DNA of 64,000 nucleotides, taken from assembly GCA_963751455.1 (NCBI GenBank), contig CAVVUN010000003.1:374507-438506 (forward strand), in the 5' to 3' direction. Of this stretch, positions 63,907-64,000 are shown one piece after another (the stretch's first letter is position 1; each line of letters opens with the position of its first letter). A program made the translations under genes and the position numbers. The DNA is from Nitrospirota bacterium. Its GTDB lineage: Bacteria; Nitrospirota; UBA9217. The notes beneath the pieces are model-generated. The model had not been told where the DNA came from and ran no database searches. It was given only the letters and a program-made list of their open reading frames with translations.

Positions 63907-64000
63907 GTGAACGTTTTCAATATTCTTATCAGCGGCGTGGGCGGGCAGGGCGTGCTCCTGACGAGCAAGATCATTGCAGAGGCGGCGCTTCTTCAGGGCC
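63907..64000 (+). CDS. iorB: Indolepyruvate oxidoreductase beta, 5' part only
   Basis: GTG start; NILISGVGGQGVLLTSKIIAEAA; runs off the window. Confidence 0.85.
   Translation, partial: MNVFNILISGVGGQGVLLTSKIIAEAALLQG

Overview
Bacterial chromosome segment spanning the replication origin of an anaerobe. The gene complement suggests Nitrospirota or Desulfobacterota; this is inference only. (1) 1-12.9 kb: a co-oriented cluster with a complete corrinoid methyl-transfer system (two MtaA/CmuA-type Zn methyltransferases, an MtrH-like pterin methyltransferase, a corrinoid protein, a RACo-type activator). It also holds an HdrE/HdrD-like pair and the methanogen-type coenzyme M biosynthesis enzymes cysteate synthase and fused ComDE. 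This is the best candidate for an undescribed system. (2) 13-44 kb: housekeeping genes yidC-yidD-rnpA-rpmH, a probable oriC unwinding element about 2.2 kb upstream of dnaA, dnaA-dnaN-gyrB-gyrA, serS with all four tRNA-Ser genes, tRNA-Arg(ACG)-tadA, SRP RNA-dnaX-ybaB-recR, porCDAB, mglBA and tRNA-Asn. (3) 44-57 kb: a PhnD-fold binding protein/kinase/sigma54 activator module facing two sigma54 promoters and a YeeE-TusA-rhodanese-YeiH sulfur-trafficking operon full of frameshifts. (4) 57-64 kb: MFS, HdeD, PaaI, paaK, iorAB. Intergenic DNA carries several small repeat families: 7/9-mer inverted arrays, a MITE with 8-bp target duplications, and a 31-104 bp palindromic element that inserts into other repeats and into itself. 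All calls come from reading motifs by eye; no database search was run.
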